Of a stretch of DNA of 64,000 bases, positions 14,568 to 25,507 are shown one piece after another. A program made the position numbers and the translations under genes. The DNA is from Amoebophrya sp. A120. Lineage: Eukaryota; Protista; Dinoflagellata. The notes under the pieces are model-generated. The model worked only from the letters and a program-made list of their open reading frames with translations. It was not told the origin of the DNA and searched no databases. Where the stretch lies: positions 14,756,142 through 14,820,141 of the forward strand of contig CAJINV010000001.1 in the NCBI GenBank assembly GCA_905178155.1, written 5' to 3'. Positions within the stretch are counted from its first letter, which is position 1. Each line of letters starts with the position of its first letter.

Positions 14568-15019
14568 TGTGGTGAACTCAATAAATAAACACGAGGACTC
14601 ACAGGAGTTGAAGGTGCGACAAAATCAAAAATGTCTCGGACATAACTTGACACCACGACGTAGAATGTAGAAACAAAAAGAGCTTTCTTCGTTTCGTGCC
14701 CATTTCCAACACGACCGTCGGTTACATTTTGATTGCCACGAAAAGCAACAAGCCCAATACTTAATTTGCGAAGTACATGCGCGCTGCAAGCGTTACACTC
14801 AAGTTCGGTATTTTGCGCTCCACCATTGCATTTTTGTCGACTCTTGCATCTGCACGCTTTTGTGCTTCCAGATCAGGGTCGCCTTCGGGCATACATAAAT
14901 AAACGAACACAAGAACATATTACCGCAAGCGCTATTCAACATGGACTCCAAATCCAAGATGCGAAGCATCAAGGGTACATGATGCATTCTGCAGATCTGC
15001 ATTTTGTCCCCTGACCAAT

Positions 15020-15715
15020 CTACAGAATTTGCGCGTGTTGCGTTTTCAAAAAGTCAAAGTAGTGGTCGCCGTACTTTCCCGCGCTGAGCATCCAATCCGC
15101 TTCGTCCGTTATCGGGTGCACCAGGTCCGCTTCGAGGACATTTCCTCGGGGGTACTCCTCCCTTAAGTCTTCAAACGACATGGACCCGTCCGCCCGTTTG
15201 CTCGGCGGCACCGCGCGCGGTTTCGCCTTGGTCGCGTTCTTTGCCAGGTCTATGCCGGCGGCCTCGTCCGCGGGAATCACCTTACGCCAGATTTGATTGA
15301 TCGGCCCGTTCACGACCATCTCCTTCGCTTCCTCCGCCGATACGCCAAACGCCTTCTGCCGTCGCTGGGCCTCTTTCAGCAGTTTCTGTGCGTTCAACAT
15401 CGCCTCCCGGTACCGCCAGGAGTTGTACGGAGGCTGTTTTTTCACATTTATCCGGGTCGTCGGTTTGGGCGCTTCGTGGGCCCACTTGTAGCCGTTCTCT
15501 TTCTGCTCGTCCGGGACCTTCGTGTACGGTGCCTTCAGTGTCGCCGGGGGTCCGGCGTCGTCCGGCAGACTGTGCTCGGCCGAGTCGACGGATGCAGGTT
15601 CCTGCGCGTTCAGCATCTGTGCGAAAATCGCGTTTTCCGGGTCGTTCGCGCCCGAACGCTGCACCTGGGAACTGTAGAACGCGTTGAGGTCCGCGTCCGC
15701 ACCAAGCAGCGGCAT
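15020..15715 (-). CDS. Hypothetical protein (231 aa)
   Basis: Uninterrupted ORF with ATG in an AAAATG context and GC-rich third codon positions like neighbouring exons. No recognised domain. Confidence 0.6.
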   Translation of the reverse strand: MPLLGADADLNAFYSSQVQRSGANDPENAIFAQMLNAQEPASVDSAEHSLPDDAGPPATLKAPYTKVPDEQKENGYKWAHEAPKPTTRINVKKQPPYNSWRYREAMLNAQKLLKEAQRRQKAFGVSAEEAKEMVVNGPINQIWRKVIPADEAAGIDLAKNATKAKPRAVPPSKRADGSMSFEDLREEYPRGNVLEADLVHPITDEADWMLSAGKYGDHYFDFLKTQHAQIL

Positions 15716-15960
15716 TTTTGCTTCAAAGGCGATCTTAATTCTCTAATGTCGATGATGAAACGAGTCGCACTGTGGTGCTTCTGAGTGAAGGGCAAAGCGA
15801 CTTATAAATGGTTTGCACGTTCGCGTACGCCAACGCCTACCATGCCTGGTCCTTTTCTGCGATAACCGACACGTCCACATCCTCGAAATCGAATCGCGGA
15901 AACAAGAGATTAAAGCCGACGAACGATTCGACTCAGCGAAGTTCGCCTTCGAGCAGCGAG

Positions 15961-18900
15961 TCACGAGGTCCGACCATTTTTTCTCTTGCTTTGCGTCGAG
16001 TTCGCTGCGCCACGACTTCCTAGACAAAACATGGTGCCCTCGGGCTTCGTGCGAAAATCGATCAGCTTGACGCGTCTTCCCCGGTTCACCGTGACGTTCC
16101 GCGCCGCTTCGTAGAGCGGGTGTTTTGCTCCGTCGTGCGGATGGAAGCCGCGGAGGGGGCATTTCTGGATAAACTTGACTCCGTACTCCGTCAAGCGAAA
16201 CACGCCCGCGCCCTGCAACGCCTTCTGTTTGCTGTCGATCGGGGAGAAAACGATCGCGATGCTCAGCGGCTCCTGCAGCTGGAAGGAGCACTGCTGGTGC
16301 AGGTCGACGGCGGAGAGGAAACAATTGTGCCGCGGGTGCGTGTGAATCCAGCCGAACGTGAGACAGTTCTTCTGCTGCAGTTGCCACTGCACCACGGGGA
16401 GTTCGTCCACTGCCTCACAGCTCACGTCGTCGCCTTTCTGCGGGGGTAGCAGCACGTAATCCAGCATGATCTTTTTCTCGTTCAGTAGCTTGCGCCCGCA
16501 CAGCCAGCCGCACGTCTCCACGTTGCGCGTGGTATTGGCCTTCGCAATTTTCACAAAAGCCTCGACCAGGTCGAACGGCAAGTCCACCTGCAACGACCGC
16601 TGGTTACACTCAAACGTCTTGCGCTGGAGCGTCACCACGCTTTTCGTACCACGACCTGCAGTTGTTTGCCTTGTGTCTCTATCGCCGTCAGTCTGCTCCT
16701 CTTGCGCATTTTTCGTGGAACAAGCTGAGGTTGCTGCACGAGAAGCGGGCGGGGCCCGAACCTCGACCAACTTCCGCATCACTCCTTCAGGCGAAAACTC
16801 GCGGACATCCGGCGGCTTCGTGCTGAACGTCACCTGCTTCGCTCGTGTCCTCGCATCTGCAAACGTTCTCCCCCGGCTCGCAGATGAGGTCTCACTTGTT
16901 TCCAACTCGATTTTTGCGGTGTGGTCCCCTTCTTCGGCGGTAATGGTGTCCTCTCCGTCCGTCGTCTGTGTGCTTGAGCTCAAAGACGCGCTTGCCGAAC
17001 TTGAGGCCATCGTAGAAGCCGAGTCGTGAAGTTGATCTTCATCGGTACGTTCTTGATGTGTGGAGATGATAGTGGTCTTCACACATGTCGTCGGCAGGTC
17101 TAAGTTTCTGGTGGTTCCTTCCGGACCACTCCCTCCGGTGTTCTTGCTGGGGACTTTGACTGCATCGTGTTGAAAGTCGTTCTGGTAAGTTCTATTCCCC
17201 GAAGTAGTCTCCAGTCTCCCTCTTGGTGGAAGGAAAGTTTGTTCCACCAGACTTACGGCCTCGAAAGCCGGGTAAATGTCAGACCCACATTGTCGTGTAG
17301 TAGCGGCGGGTCTCCATTGTCGCCGGTCGCCCGTCGCATCGTCTTGTGAAAAAGATCGGCAGGGGTCCTTTTCCATGCTAGGAAATGCCACGCTTGATTC
17401 GCACTCGGCGTCCATTGGAATCTCCGTCGAGAACGAATGCGCACCTGTTCCTCCTTGAGCAAATGGTTTGGCAGACGAAACCTCGAGGCTGGGAAACAAG
17501 GTTTTGTCCTCCTGATCGAAAGCTGCGTACGCGCTCAACGTTCCAACAACACTGCATTGCTGTGAAAAAGGATCTCTGTCTGGCGCAACATTGTCAGGCC
17601 CTTCTAACCCCTCCAGCCCATCCTGAGCTGAAAAAGCGCCGGAGGCGATTGACGATGAAAACCCGTCTAGGCCTCGGCCATTTCCAGCCCGAAGCCCATC
17701 GAGAAGAGAAGCGTAAACGGATCCTGTGGACGGAAAGGATGCGGCTGGGAATGCGACATCCTCTATTTCTTGCAGCGGAGGCGCAGGAGCTTCTTCGTCT
17801 TTCGGCAGAGCCGCTACTGCGAAGTTGTAGAAGGGAGCACATGGTGCGGAGGACGCTGCAGCGTCTGATGTAGTCTGCTTTTGAGTATCTTTGTCCAATG
17901 CTGGAACTTCTACCAAAGGGACATCTTCATCGAAGTCCGCCGTAGTATCCAAGGAGCTAAACTCCTCAGGCTTGTCGCCTACGCCAGGCGAGCAGCCGGC
18001 ACTGATCTTCAAACTATCCCCATCATAGCCGCCCAGCTGAAAACGAGCTTGATTTTCATCTTCTTGGTCTCCCATCGCCCCGCTGGCAGGAACAATAGAC
18101 GGCACAACCTCAGGCTCGTCTTCTTCTTCATTCTCGCAAGCTGCATTTTTCCCCTGGGGTATGAGAAAAGGACCCGCAAAGTAGCAATCGCAGAAACCCG
18201 GTCGGCGGGGGTCAATGGACTGAAAGCGGTTGTCTTCTTCAATCGTCGGACAGAAAAAGGAGAGCCCGGTCGCATCAAAGTCCTCTGGCACACGAGACAC
18301 AGTCACGTCTTCTACGGAGAGATCGGGGGACGAGGCGGCCGGCTCGAGCTCGACACGCATTTGTGGACTTGCTTCCTCTACTTCAAGAACTTTGTTTTCA
18401 CTTAGAGGGTCATCGGCTGCGTCCAGCGCTGCACTTTCGGTTCGCAAAAGATGATCCGAAGCAGCTTTGGCATTGCTTTCCTTCCCGGTGTCTTTGTCAG
18501 CAGCAGCATCGGGAGCAACGTTGTTTGTTTTTGAAGGAAGCACTAAACTTTCATTCTCGGTCGCCCCCTCAGTAGTCGGAGAAGTATTTGTTGGCGCTTC
18601 CTCGTCCTCAAAATTTTCGTCATCAGCTAGAAGAAAGAGGTCTTCCAGACGCATCGGAGCGTCATCTACTACTTCTGTGGATTTCGTGCATTCATTTTCG
18701 GGGGTTTCGTCCTTCTCCTCCCCGTTGGCAGCAGTTTGCCCTCTCGACGGTTCCGGTTTGTCTTTGCTCTCAGGTTCCTTCTTATCTGCAACTGCATCAT
18801 CTGGTTCTTTTTCTGCGCCGACCACACCGGCGTCTTTTGATTTATTCGCTTCTAGCTCCTCGGTTTCAGTGCACGCGGTGCTCTCATCTTGATCTTTGTT

Positions 18901-19362
18901 TTCCACGTTGTTCTCTACTTCGACACCACCTCCGCCCACACACCAACTTTCTATGGCTTCGAATCGCTGCGAGATTTGGCTTTTCGCGGACTCCGCGAGA
19001 TCGAGGATGCGGGTCGCATTTGGCAGTAACTTTCGCCCCGCGCCGTCGACGTGTTCCTTCAGGAGTTTGAACAGCTGCAGATACTGCAGGGCCTTGACAA
19101 ACGTATCTTCATGGAAGCCTTCGGCAAAGTGCACCTGCACCGCGTTCTCCAGGGTAACCGCGAGCTGTACGTACTTTGCCGCGGGAATCTCCTCGTTCCA
19201 ACTGACGGCGCGCTCGTCCGCAGCCTGCCGCAATGCGTCGAAGTGGTGCTGCAGGTGCGCTTCGAGGGACGCGGATGAGGCAGCTGCACCAGGACTAGGG
19301 GCGTGCTCTTCTTGTTCTTCATCGCGCTCTTCAGAGGGAGTATCAGTATCTTTTGGAGGCAT
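15961..19362 (-). CDS. AMSH/STAMBP-like JAMM (MPN+) metallo-deubiquitinase with a long acidic linker
   Basis: C-terminal NVETCGWLCG...FGWIHTHPRHNCFLSAVDLHQQCSFQLQEPLSIAIVFSP...GFHPH is the AMSH JAMM motif (E...HTH...S..D). The N-terminal helical region is compatible with the MIT/USP8-dimer-like domain. Confidence 0.9.
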   Translation of the reverse strand: MPPKDTDTPSEERDEEQEEHAPSPGAAASSASLEAHLQHHFDALRQAADERAVSWNEEIPAAKYVQLAVTLENAVQVHFAEGFHEDTFVKALQYLQLFKLLKEHVDGAGRKLLPNATRILDLAESAKSQISQRFEAIESWCVGGGGVEVENNVENKDQDESTACTETEELEANKSKDAGVVGAEKEPDDAVADKKEPESKDKPEPSRGQTAANGEEKDETPENECTKSTEVVDDAPMRLEDLFLLADDENFEDEEAPTNTSPTTEGATENESLVLPSKTNNVAPDAAADKDTGKESNAKAASDHLLRTESAALDAADDPLSENKVLEVEEASPQMRVELEPAASSPDLSVEDVTVSRVPEDFDATGLSFFCPTIEEDNRFQSIDPRRPGFCDCYFAGPFLIPQGKNAACENEEEDEPEVVPSIVPASGAMGDQEDENQARFQLGGYDGDSLKISAGCSPGVGDKPEEFSSLDTTADFDEDVPLVEVPALDKDTQKQTTSDAAASSAPCAPFYNFAVAALPKDEEAPAPPLQEIEDVAFPAASFPSTGSVYASLLDGLRAGNGRGLDGFSSSIASGAFSAQDGLEGLEGPDNVAPDRDPFSQQCSVVGTLSAYAAFDQEDKTLFPSLEVSSAKPFAQGGTGAHSFSTEIPMDAECESSVAFPSMEKDPCRSFSQDDATGDRRQWRPAATTRQCGSDIYPAFEAVSLVEQTFLPPRGRLETTSGNRTYQNDFQHDAVKVPSKNTGGSGPEGTTRNLDLPTTCVKTTIISTHQERTDEDQLHDSASTMASSSASASLSSSTQTTDGEDTITAEEGDHTAKIELETSETSSASRGRTFADARTRAKQVTFSTKPPDVREFSPEGVMRKLVEVRAPPASRAATSACSTKNAQEEQTDGDRDTRQTTAGRGTKSVVTLQRKTFECNQRSLQVDLPFDLVEAFVKIAKANTTRNVETCGWLCGRKLLNEKKIMLDYVLLPPQKGDDVSCEAVDELPVVQWQLQQKNCLTFGWIHTHPRHNCFLSAVDLHQQCSFQLQEPLSIAIVFSPIDSKQKALQGAGVFRLTEYGVKFIQKCPLRGFHPHDGAKHPLYEAARNVTVNRGRRVKLIDFRTKPEGTMFCLGSRGAANSTQSKRKNGRTS

Positions 19363-20857
19363 CGTGTGGTCCGCTCTTCCACCTCCAAAAAGTCACTGCC
19401 ACAGGCGAACGGTTCCATGGAACTTCTAAAAAACAGGCTTCGAAGTATCAGCCCCGTATTCGATTGCGACGGCGTTCATCGGAAGATACTTCAATGAAGT
19501 GCTCCTGATGAATCATTGCTTGTTGGCGCCGGCCTCGACTGCCGCACATCATGATCAACGCCATAAGAGTTGTGAGGGCTTGAACTCACTAAAAGCACAA
19601 CAGAGGGACAAAAGAGGGCAATGGACAACACACGTTGAACAGTTCAAGGAATTACACTGGGACTAGAGCTCAAGGTCAACGTCGTGAAATACTGCCGTCA
19701 AAGTACTACGAATATACTTCGTCATTACATCACCATTACAGAACTCGTTCTGCCTTCTCATCTCCTCATCTTCTTCTCCTCGCTTGTAATTCACTTAACA
19801 TCTAGAAATAGGAAACTGCGAACTTCAAACAAGCACAAGCTGGCACACGTCCTGGAGAGATGTTTAGCAAGGTTTTTCCATGTTTCCGCTTTCGTTTGGT
19901 AGTTCGCGATTCTGTTGCTTATGATTATGTACTTGTTGCGATTGAGTCCGTGTGCGTGCATGTTCGAAAATGTCGTATAGATGGTCGTATGTCATAAGTT
20001 CCGTTTTCATCACCGTTTCTAGTGCCTATCACCCGGTGGAAAAGGAGGCGTTGCAGTCGTTGTACTTACACACAATTTCACAGGTGGCGTCAAAGAGAAG
20101 GATACATAGTGAAACTGAACCGTCAGGCCGTTGTTGACCTTGTAGGTTCGTGGTCTTCGTGTCGCCTTCAATAAATCTGGGCGCAACAGCCGCGTATGCG
20201 ATGCTGTCTAGTCCTCCCCCGCCAAAACCGCTGCAACCAACGGTTGCTGCTGCTGGCATTGCGTTGGCCAATTACTGCGTGTGGCAGGGACGAGGAGTCG
20301 CCAGGTCGCTTCTTGGAGTGGTCGTCGACGTTGGCATCGCACAAGAAAAACATGTTTAATATCAGAAGCTGAGATGCAATGAATGTGCTGATTGCTCATC
20401 TGACAATAATTGCGACCGAGTGGTTTTAACGGCCTGCTGATACCAGATTCTCACACTTAAGCCGCATCTTAATCTTTTGCTAAACTAATGGGACTGCATT
20501 CTCGCATAAATTTTCGAAACAGAAGCTGCTGCTCGACTACAATATTTTTCCACTGATACTTTTATTCTCGGTGTCTGGATGCATGACCGCGTCTTTCTCT
20601 TTTCAGCGAAGGGGGCGGAGATCCGAAATTATAGACGGACGTAAAACGTGCAAGCTGGACGAGGTTAAAAAAATACTGTATTTGCAGGTAAAAAAGTGTA
20701 TTCTAGTTTAAAGTTGTACTGGCCCTGTGTGTGTCGTTCTCCTTTTCTTGTAATGGTGGTGTAGGTTTTAATTGTCAATACCGAAAAGGAAAAATCGTAT
20801 TCTGGAGCCCAGTTGTATAACTACGCTTGCGAATGCTAGTCAAATGCAGCCTGTCGG

Positions 20858-23800
20858 TCACGCTACTACAGTAGATAATTCGTGTTTCGCTTCTCCCTCC
20901 CGGTGCTGCGCTCTATGCCGCTTACTTTGGTGCAGGTTCTCCTGCTCAGAAGTCGCGTCATTCAATGTTGCGGTGGTGGAAGTTGAGGACGTAACCGTCA
21001 GTGCGCGCCGCTTTTTTCCCTGCCGCCCTGTTCGGGCATCGGGACCCGAAAATGAATCGGCACCAATACTTTGGTTTTTGCTGATGTTACTGCTGTAATT
21101 GTAGTGGGTCCTTGCGCTTTTACTGTGCCACGATGCGTAAGCGTCTGCGGGGGAGACCAGGGTCGAGAACATCGTACGCCCCCGCGCGGCCCCACAGGTT
21201 TGGGTGATCTTTTTGTGCAGTAGCCAAAACAGGGTTTTTGCGTCCGGAAGGCGGAGCAGCTGTTGTGGTTGTAATTGCTGGTCGCAGTTATCCGTGTCCC
21301 CTGCTTGGTCGTCGTCGTCGGGCGAACGAGGGCAGCTGTCGAACAGATCCATCGCTGAGCGGTCGTCTTCTAGGTCTTCGTCCTCATCTTGGCGTAGCAA
21401 CTTCCGCCTGTTTCGAGCTGCAGCCTGGTAGATCGCCACCAGCCGAGCTAGCAGAGACTTTTCCGCGGTGCAATCGTAGCAATTATCCAGCCCGTGGTCG
21501 AGCGCCTCGGTGCGGAACGCGACTTGCTCGTCGTGGGTTCCCCGGGACCTTGTGGTCTCGCGGCACGACGGAGCGTTGTTACACTTCCCAAAAACCATGT
21601 CGTCGTGGTCGTGGTCAGTCAAACTACTAAACGTAAACGCGTAACAGTGCACCCGCTGTTCCGTGTTGAAGTGAAACATTTGCTCACCGTGTTCGGTAAA
21701 GTCGTACAGCTTTTTCCCAGCCTTTGCATACGTCACGAGCCGACATTCTGTGGACGTCTGCGGCGCAAACATCGGCAACCGCATCTCGCCATCCAGGTAC
21801 CTGTCGATATGCAGTGAAAAGGGACGACTGCTTTCAAATTCCGATCTTGCTTGAGCTTTTGTGTGCTTGAAGATGAGTTCTTTCTCTTTGCATTGTAGAG
21901 TCATGAGCATGACGGCGCACTTCGAGGACAACGACAAGGAATGGCGAAAGTGCTCAAGAAACCCGAAAGACAAAGAGGAAAAGCACCACTAAGCTATAAA
22001 AATGTGTATACGACATGCTGCCGTCATGGTAGGGGAGGCGAAATTTCAGCATCGCCAAGACCGGGTCCAGTTTTTCCACCCAGTCTTGCTGGGCATACAA
22101 ATCCTCGAAGAGAAAGTCTTCGAAATTGGATGTCGTGTTTTGTTGCCCCGATCTACTGCCGGACACACATGCATCGCCTCCCCCCCGACCAGTGCTGTTG
22201 CCCGTCCTACTTTCCGCTCTCGATTTGTTCCTCTCGACGAACTTCTGCTTTTTCTTGTTCATCCCAGCAGCTGACTCCGCGGTCGTAGAGTCTTCGGTGA
22301 AGCTTGTGTGCTTCCTGTGTTTGTTCGTGTCCCCAAGAGAATCAACAAGGCCTTCCCTTCTTGATGTTGTCGTGTTGACTTCCGAGGCAGACACAGCTGC
22401 AGGAGTAGAATTCGTCTGATTATCCGTTTGGTGCTTCAGATTTCCTTTTCCTCTGCGTATCCCTGCACTACTCCCTCTCCCCTTCGATGGCCCGCCCCCA
22501 TCGGCCGCCGGTTGTCCTCCTCCAATGTTGCTACTGCCACTCCCACTGACTCCACCATTGGGGAAATCGCGTGGATCCGCGGACCGAATGTCGGAAATCA
22601 GCAACACTTTTGCGTTGGGCCACCGTTCTCTGTCGCTTTGGAGCACAAAAAACTCCGTGTCCAGGTCGAATTTGCGCTGTCGGCACTCCACGTTCGGTAG
22701 AACCATTTCCCCGCCGTAGACCGTCGCTGTCGAGCCCTGCAGAAATCGGACATGCTTGTGCTCGTCCGCACCCACATAGGGCAGCTTCCGCTCGGCGTGG
22801 TTGGTGCGTAAGAACTCGAGCAGGTCGGGGTGAGAGGTGGTGGATGTCGTGGTCGGACAATCGGAACCATGTGGGTCCTCGTCTTCGTTGTATTCGCAGT
22901 CCACTACTAGCGCTGTCGTGCTAGTACCTCTATTGCGAGAAGAAGCTTCATTCTTCAAAGACGACACAACGTTAAAGGGCCTGGGGTCGTACAGAACGAA
23001 AAACACATTCGCCGCAAACCACTTCGCCAGCAGGGCAATGTGCTCCCCGGGGGCAGCGCCGATGTAGTACACCAGGAAAAAAGCCTTGTCGTCGTGGGCC
23101 AGCAAGGGGGACCGGGGGAGGATCTCGCCGACGGAGTCAAAATTCTGCTTCAGGGAACTAATATCGAGTAGGTCTGCTGCAGTTGATGTAGCTGCATCGA
23201 CGTCAGCGCAAGAACTGTGTCTGTCTCTAGTATTCGGATAAGCACGTGTACTTGGCTCAGGTCCGACCAGAGGTAGGTCTGCCAGTGTAGCCAGCGCCAC
23301 AGCAGAACAAGCTGAGTTGTTCTTTTGTGGCGTTCCATCTGCTCCCTCCGGGGCGGATCCTTGATTTTCGCATCCAGCAGCTTCCACATTTTCCAGCAGC
23401 CGTTCCTGCAGCTGCGCCAAAAGTGCTTCGGACAGCGAAAAGCAGCTCCCGTCATCTTCACTGGGTGTTGACCACGAGGGCCGTGATGCAACATTTTCGG
23501 TCTTGCCAACAAACCCCATGCTCTTCGGAAAACAAACGTCCAACAAAAATTCGAGCTCGGACAAAAACAGTTTGCGCTGCCCCCAATGCAGCGCAGATTT
23601 GACTTCGTCCTTTCTCCGTCGGTACGGTGCGCGCTTGGTTCCGAGGATGCGCGAAAAGCGCGGCACATTCGGCTGCTGGTTCAACTCCTGCGTCTGCTGC
23701 GTTGAGGGCTCGCAGTGGGAGCGGCCAACATCAACAAGTGGACCGGCATTTTGATGCTCTTTGTTGCTGTCGCCAAATGTTGGGGGACGATGCTCTGCAC

Positions 23801-24113
23801 CATCGGCGAGACCGCGTGCAGGAGTACCACTTCTGGCAACGTAGCATTGCAAAGTCGTGCTTTCTGTGTCTCCCTCACCAGCGGCCATGGATGCCACTGC
23901 TACTCCAATCGGACCTTGTTCCGTTCTTCCTTGTTCCATGGCAGAACCAGAAGATCCTGCTGCAACGAGCCTTCTTACTTGCTTCGATTCCAATCTTTGC
24001 CAGCAGTGCGGATTTCCGGGAATCTGCAGCTCTCCATAGTGTCGCGCGGTTGCGAAATCCGTCCTCCACGAGTCCCGTGCAGCAGACTTATGCAGCAAAT
24101 TCAGAGCCGGCAT
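20858..24113 (-). CDS. Cap-specific mRNA (nucleoside-2'-O)-methyltransferase of the poxvirus VP39 / trypanosome MTr2 family (2 exons)
   Basis: Ordered motifs LHWGQRKLFLSELEFL, YIGAAPGEHI, VLYDPRPF, LISDIRS, AMLKFRLPY, YLDGEMRLPMFAPQTSTECRL and GLDNCYDC. A GT-AG intron at 21801..22011 joins ORFs 21954..24191 and 20858..21973 in frame. First ATG taken at 24113. Confidence 0.85.
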
Positions 24114-25507
24114 GATGAATGTCTTCGTTATCTCTACTGGAAGAAATCGTATAGTATAGTAAAGGATAAAAGTAGCCCCGACAGAAAGCAAAAAGAAAGT
24201 TTCCCGAAAATCAGTGATAAGAATGCCGTCAGTTTTGATTGCAGTGAGTGCTCAGTTGCCATGAGGTCTTTTGATTGGTAAATAGGGCGGGAAGCGGTTG
24301 TCCCATCTGGTGCGCCGTTCCGATAGTCATTCTTATTCTGCTGCTTCGAAGTCGACGAACCAATTGATTCCCCAGCAGGAAGATAGAGATACTTAGAGGA
24401 GTGGCTAGGTGTCTGAGAAAAGTTTCTTTTTTTTATGCGATAGCGATTTCGTAATTCTAGTACTAACTTCTATGTCTAACTGTATCTAAGTCCGTGGTAA
24501 AGGCAGGAGGACTACAATAGATACGGCTTCACGCATTCCAGACAGACTTGACTTGGTTGTTGGTCCTCTCTAAATTATTTCGCAAAACTTAAATATTACT
24601 TACTGCTCGTGCAATGTAAATACGTGAGTTGCATCTCAAGCTTCATCCGCTTGATATTGATCCTCTTTTACAGCAGCCTTACTGAGGCCGCACCCAAGCT
24701 ACATCGGCCTTTCCCGACCGTTTCCTTCCCTACCTGTATTTCGCAATCCCAATCACATGAATCGAAACAACATCGGATCTCCCACAGGAAGAACTATTAA
24801 GAACTACAAGGGGAACCTCCGCAGTTCAAGTTGTTCTAAGTCTCGAGCCGGATCTTCTGTATGAACATAAACAGCGAAAGTAAGGCCCAGTTGTAGCCGA
24901 TTTCCACCAACGAGTAGTGAGCACTTCAGTGACCAGGCGTCTGAGCCTGATTTCCAGCCGCAACTCGATGGCGCACAACCAGAACCTCCTTCAAGATCGG
25001 ATGATCTTTTTGGTGGTGGTGCGAGCCTGATCCTCCATCTCCACCCTCCAGAATTATGGCATGATGGACATGGCGTATCCCTGTACTCACACACGAGATA
25101 GAATTGGGGATCGACTTTCAAATAAATTACCAAGATCATGCTGAATCAATGTGACGACCGCAAACCGAGGGAGTGTGAGTGGTCCCTTTTTTTAGTATCT
25201 TCCAGAGGGATCTTGAGCTTCTTGGTACGATCGTCGTCCACTCGACGTCTTCCTAGCACTGGTGCTGCCAACAAGGACTTACTCGAGGGAGAGGTTCCAC
25301 AAGATCTTCGCTTGCACGTATCGATTTCAAATTAGACTATCAGTTGTACGAGAAGATCTTGGTGGATCGACCCCGGTTGTTGAACAACCGGGGGGTGGTT
25401 CACCGACCAGAAGGTTGGCCTCGGAACAACATGATAAATCTCTACTTTCAAAGAGTCACTAGCTCCGAGGAACTATTAAGGACAATTCGGAGCGACACCT
25501 GTATAGC

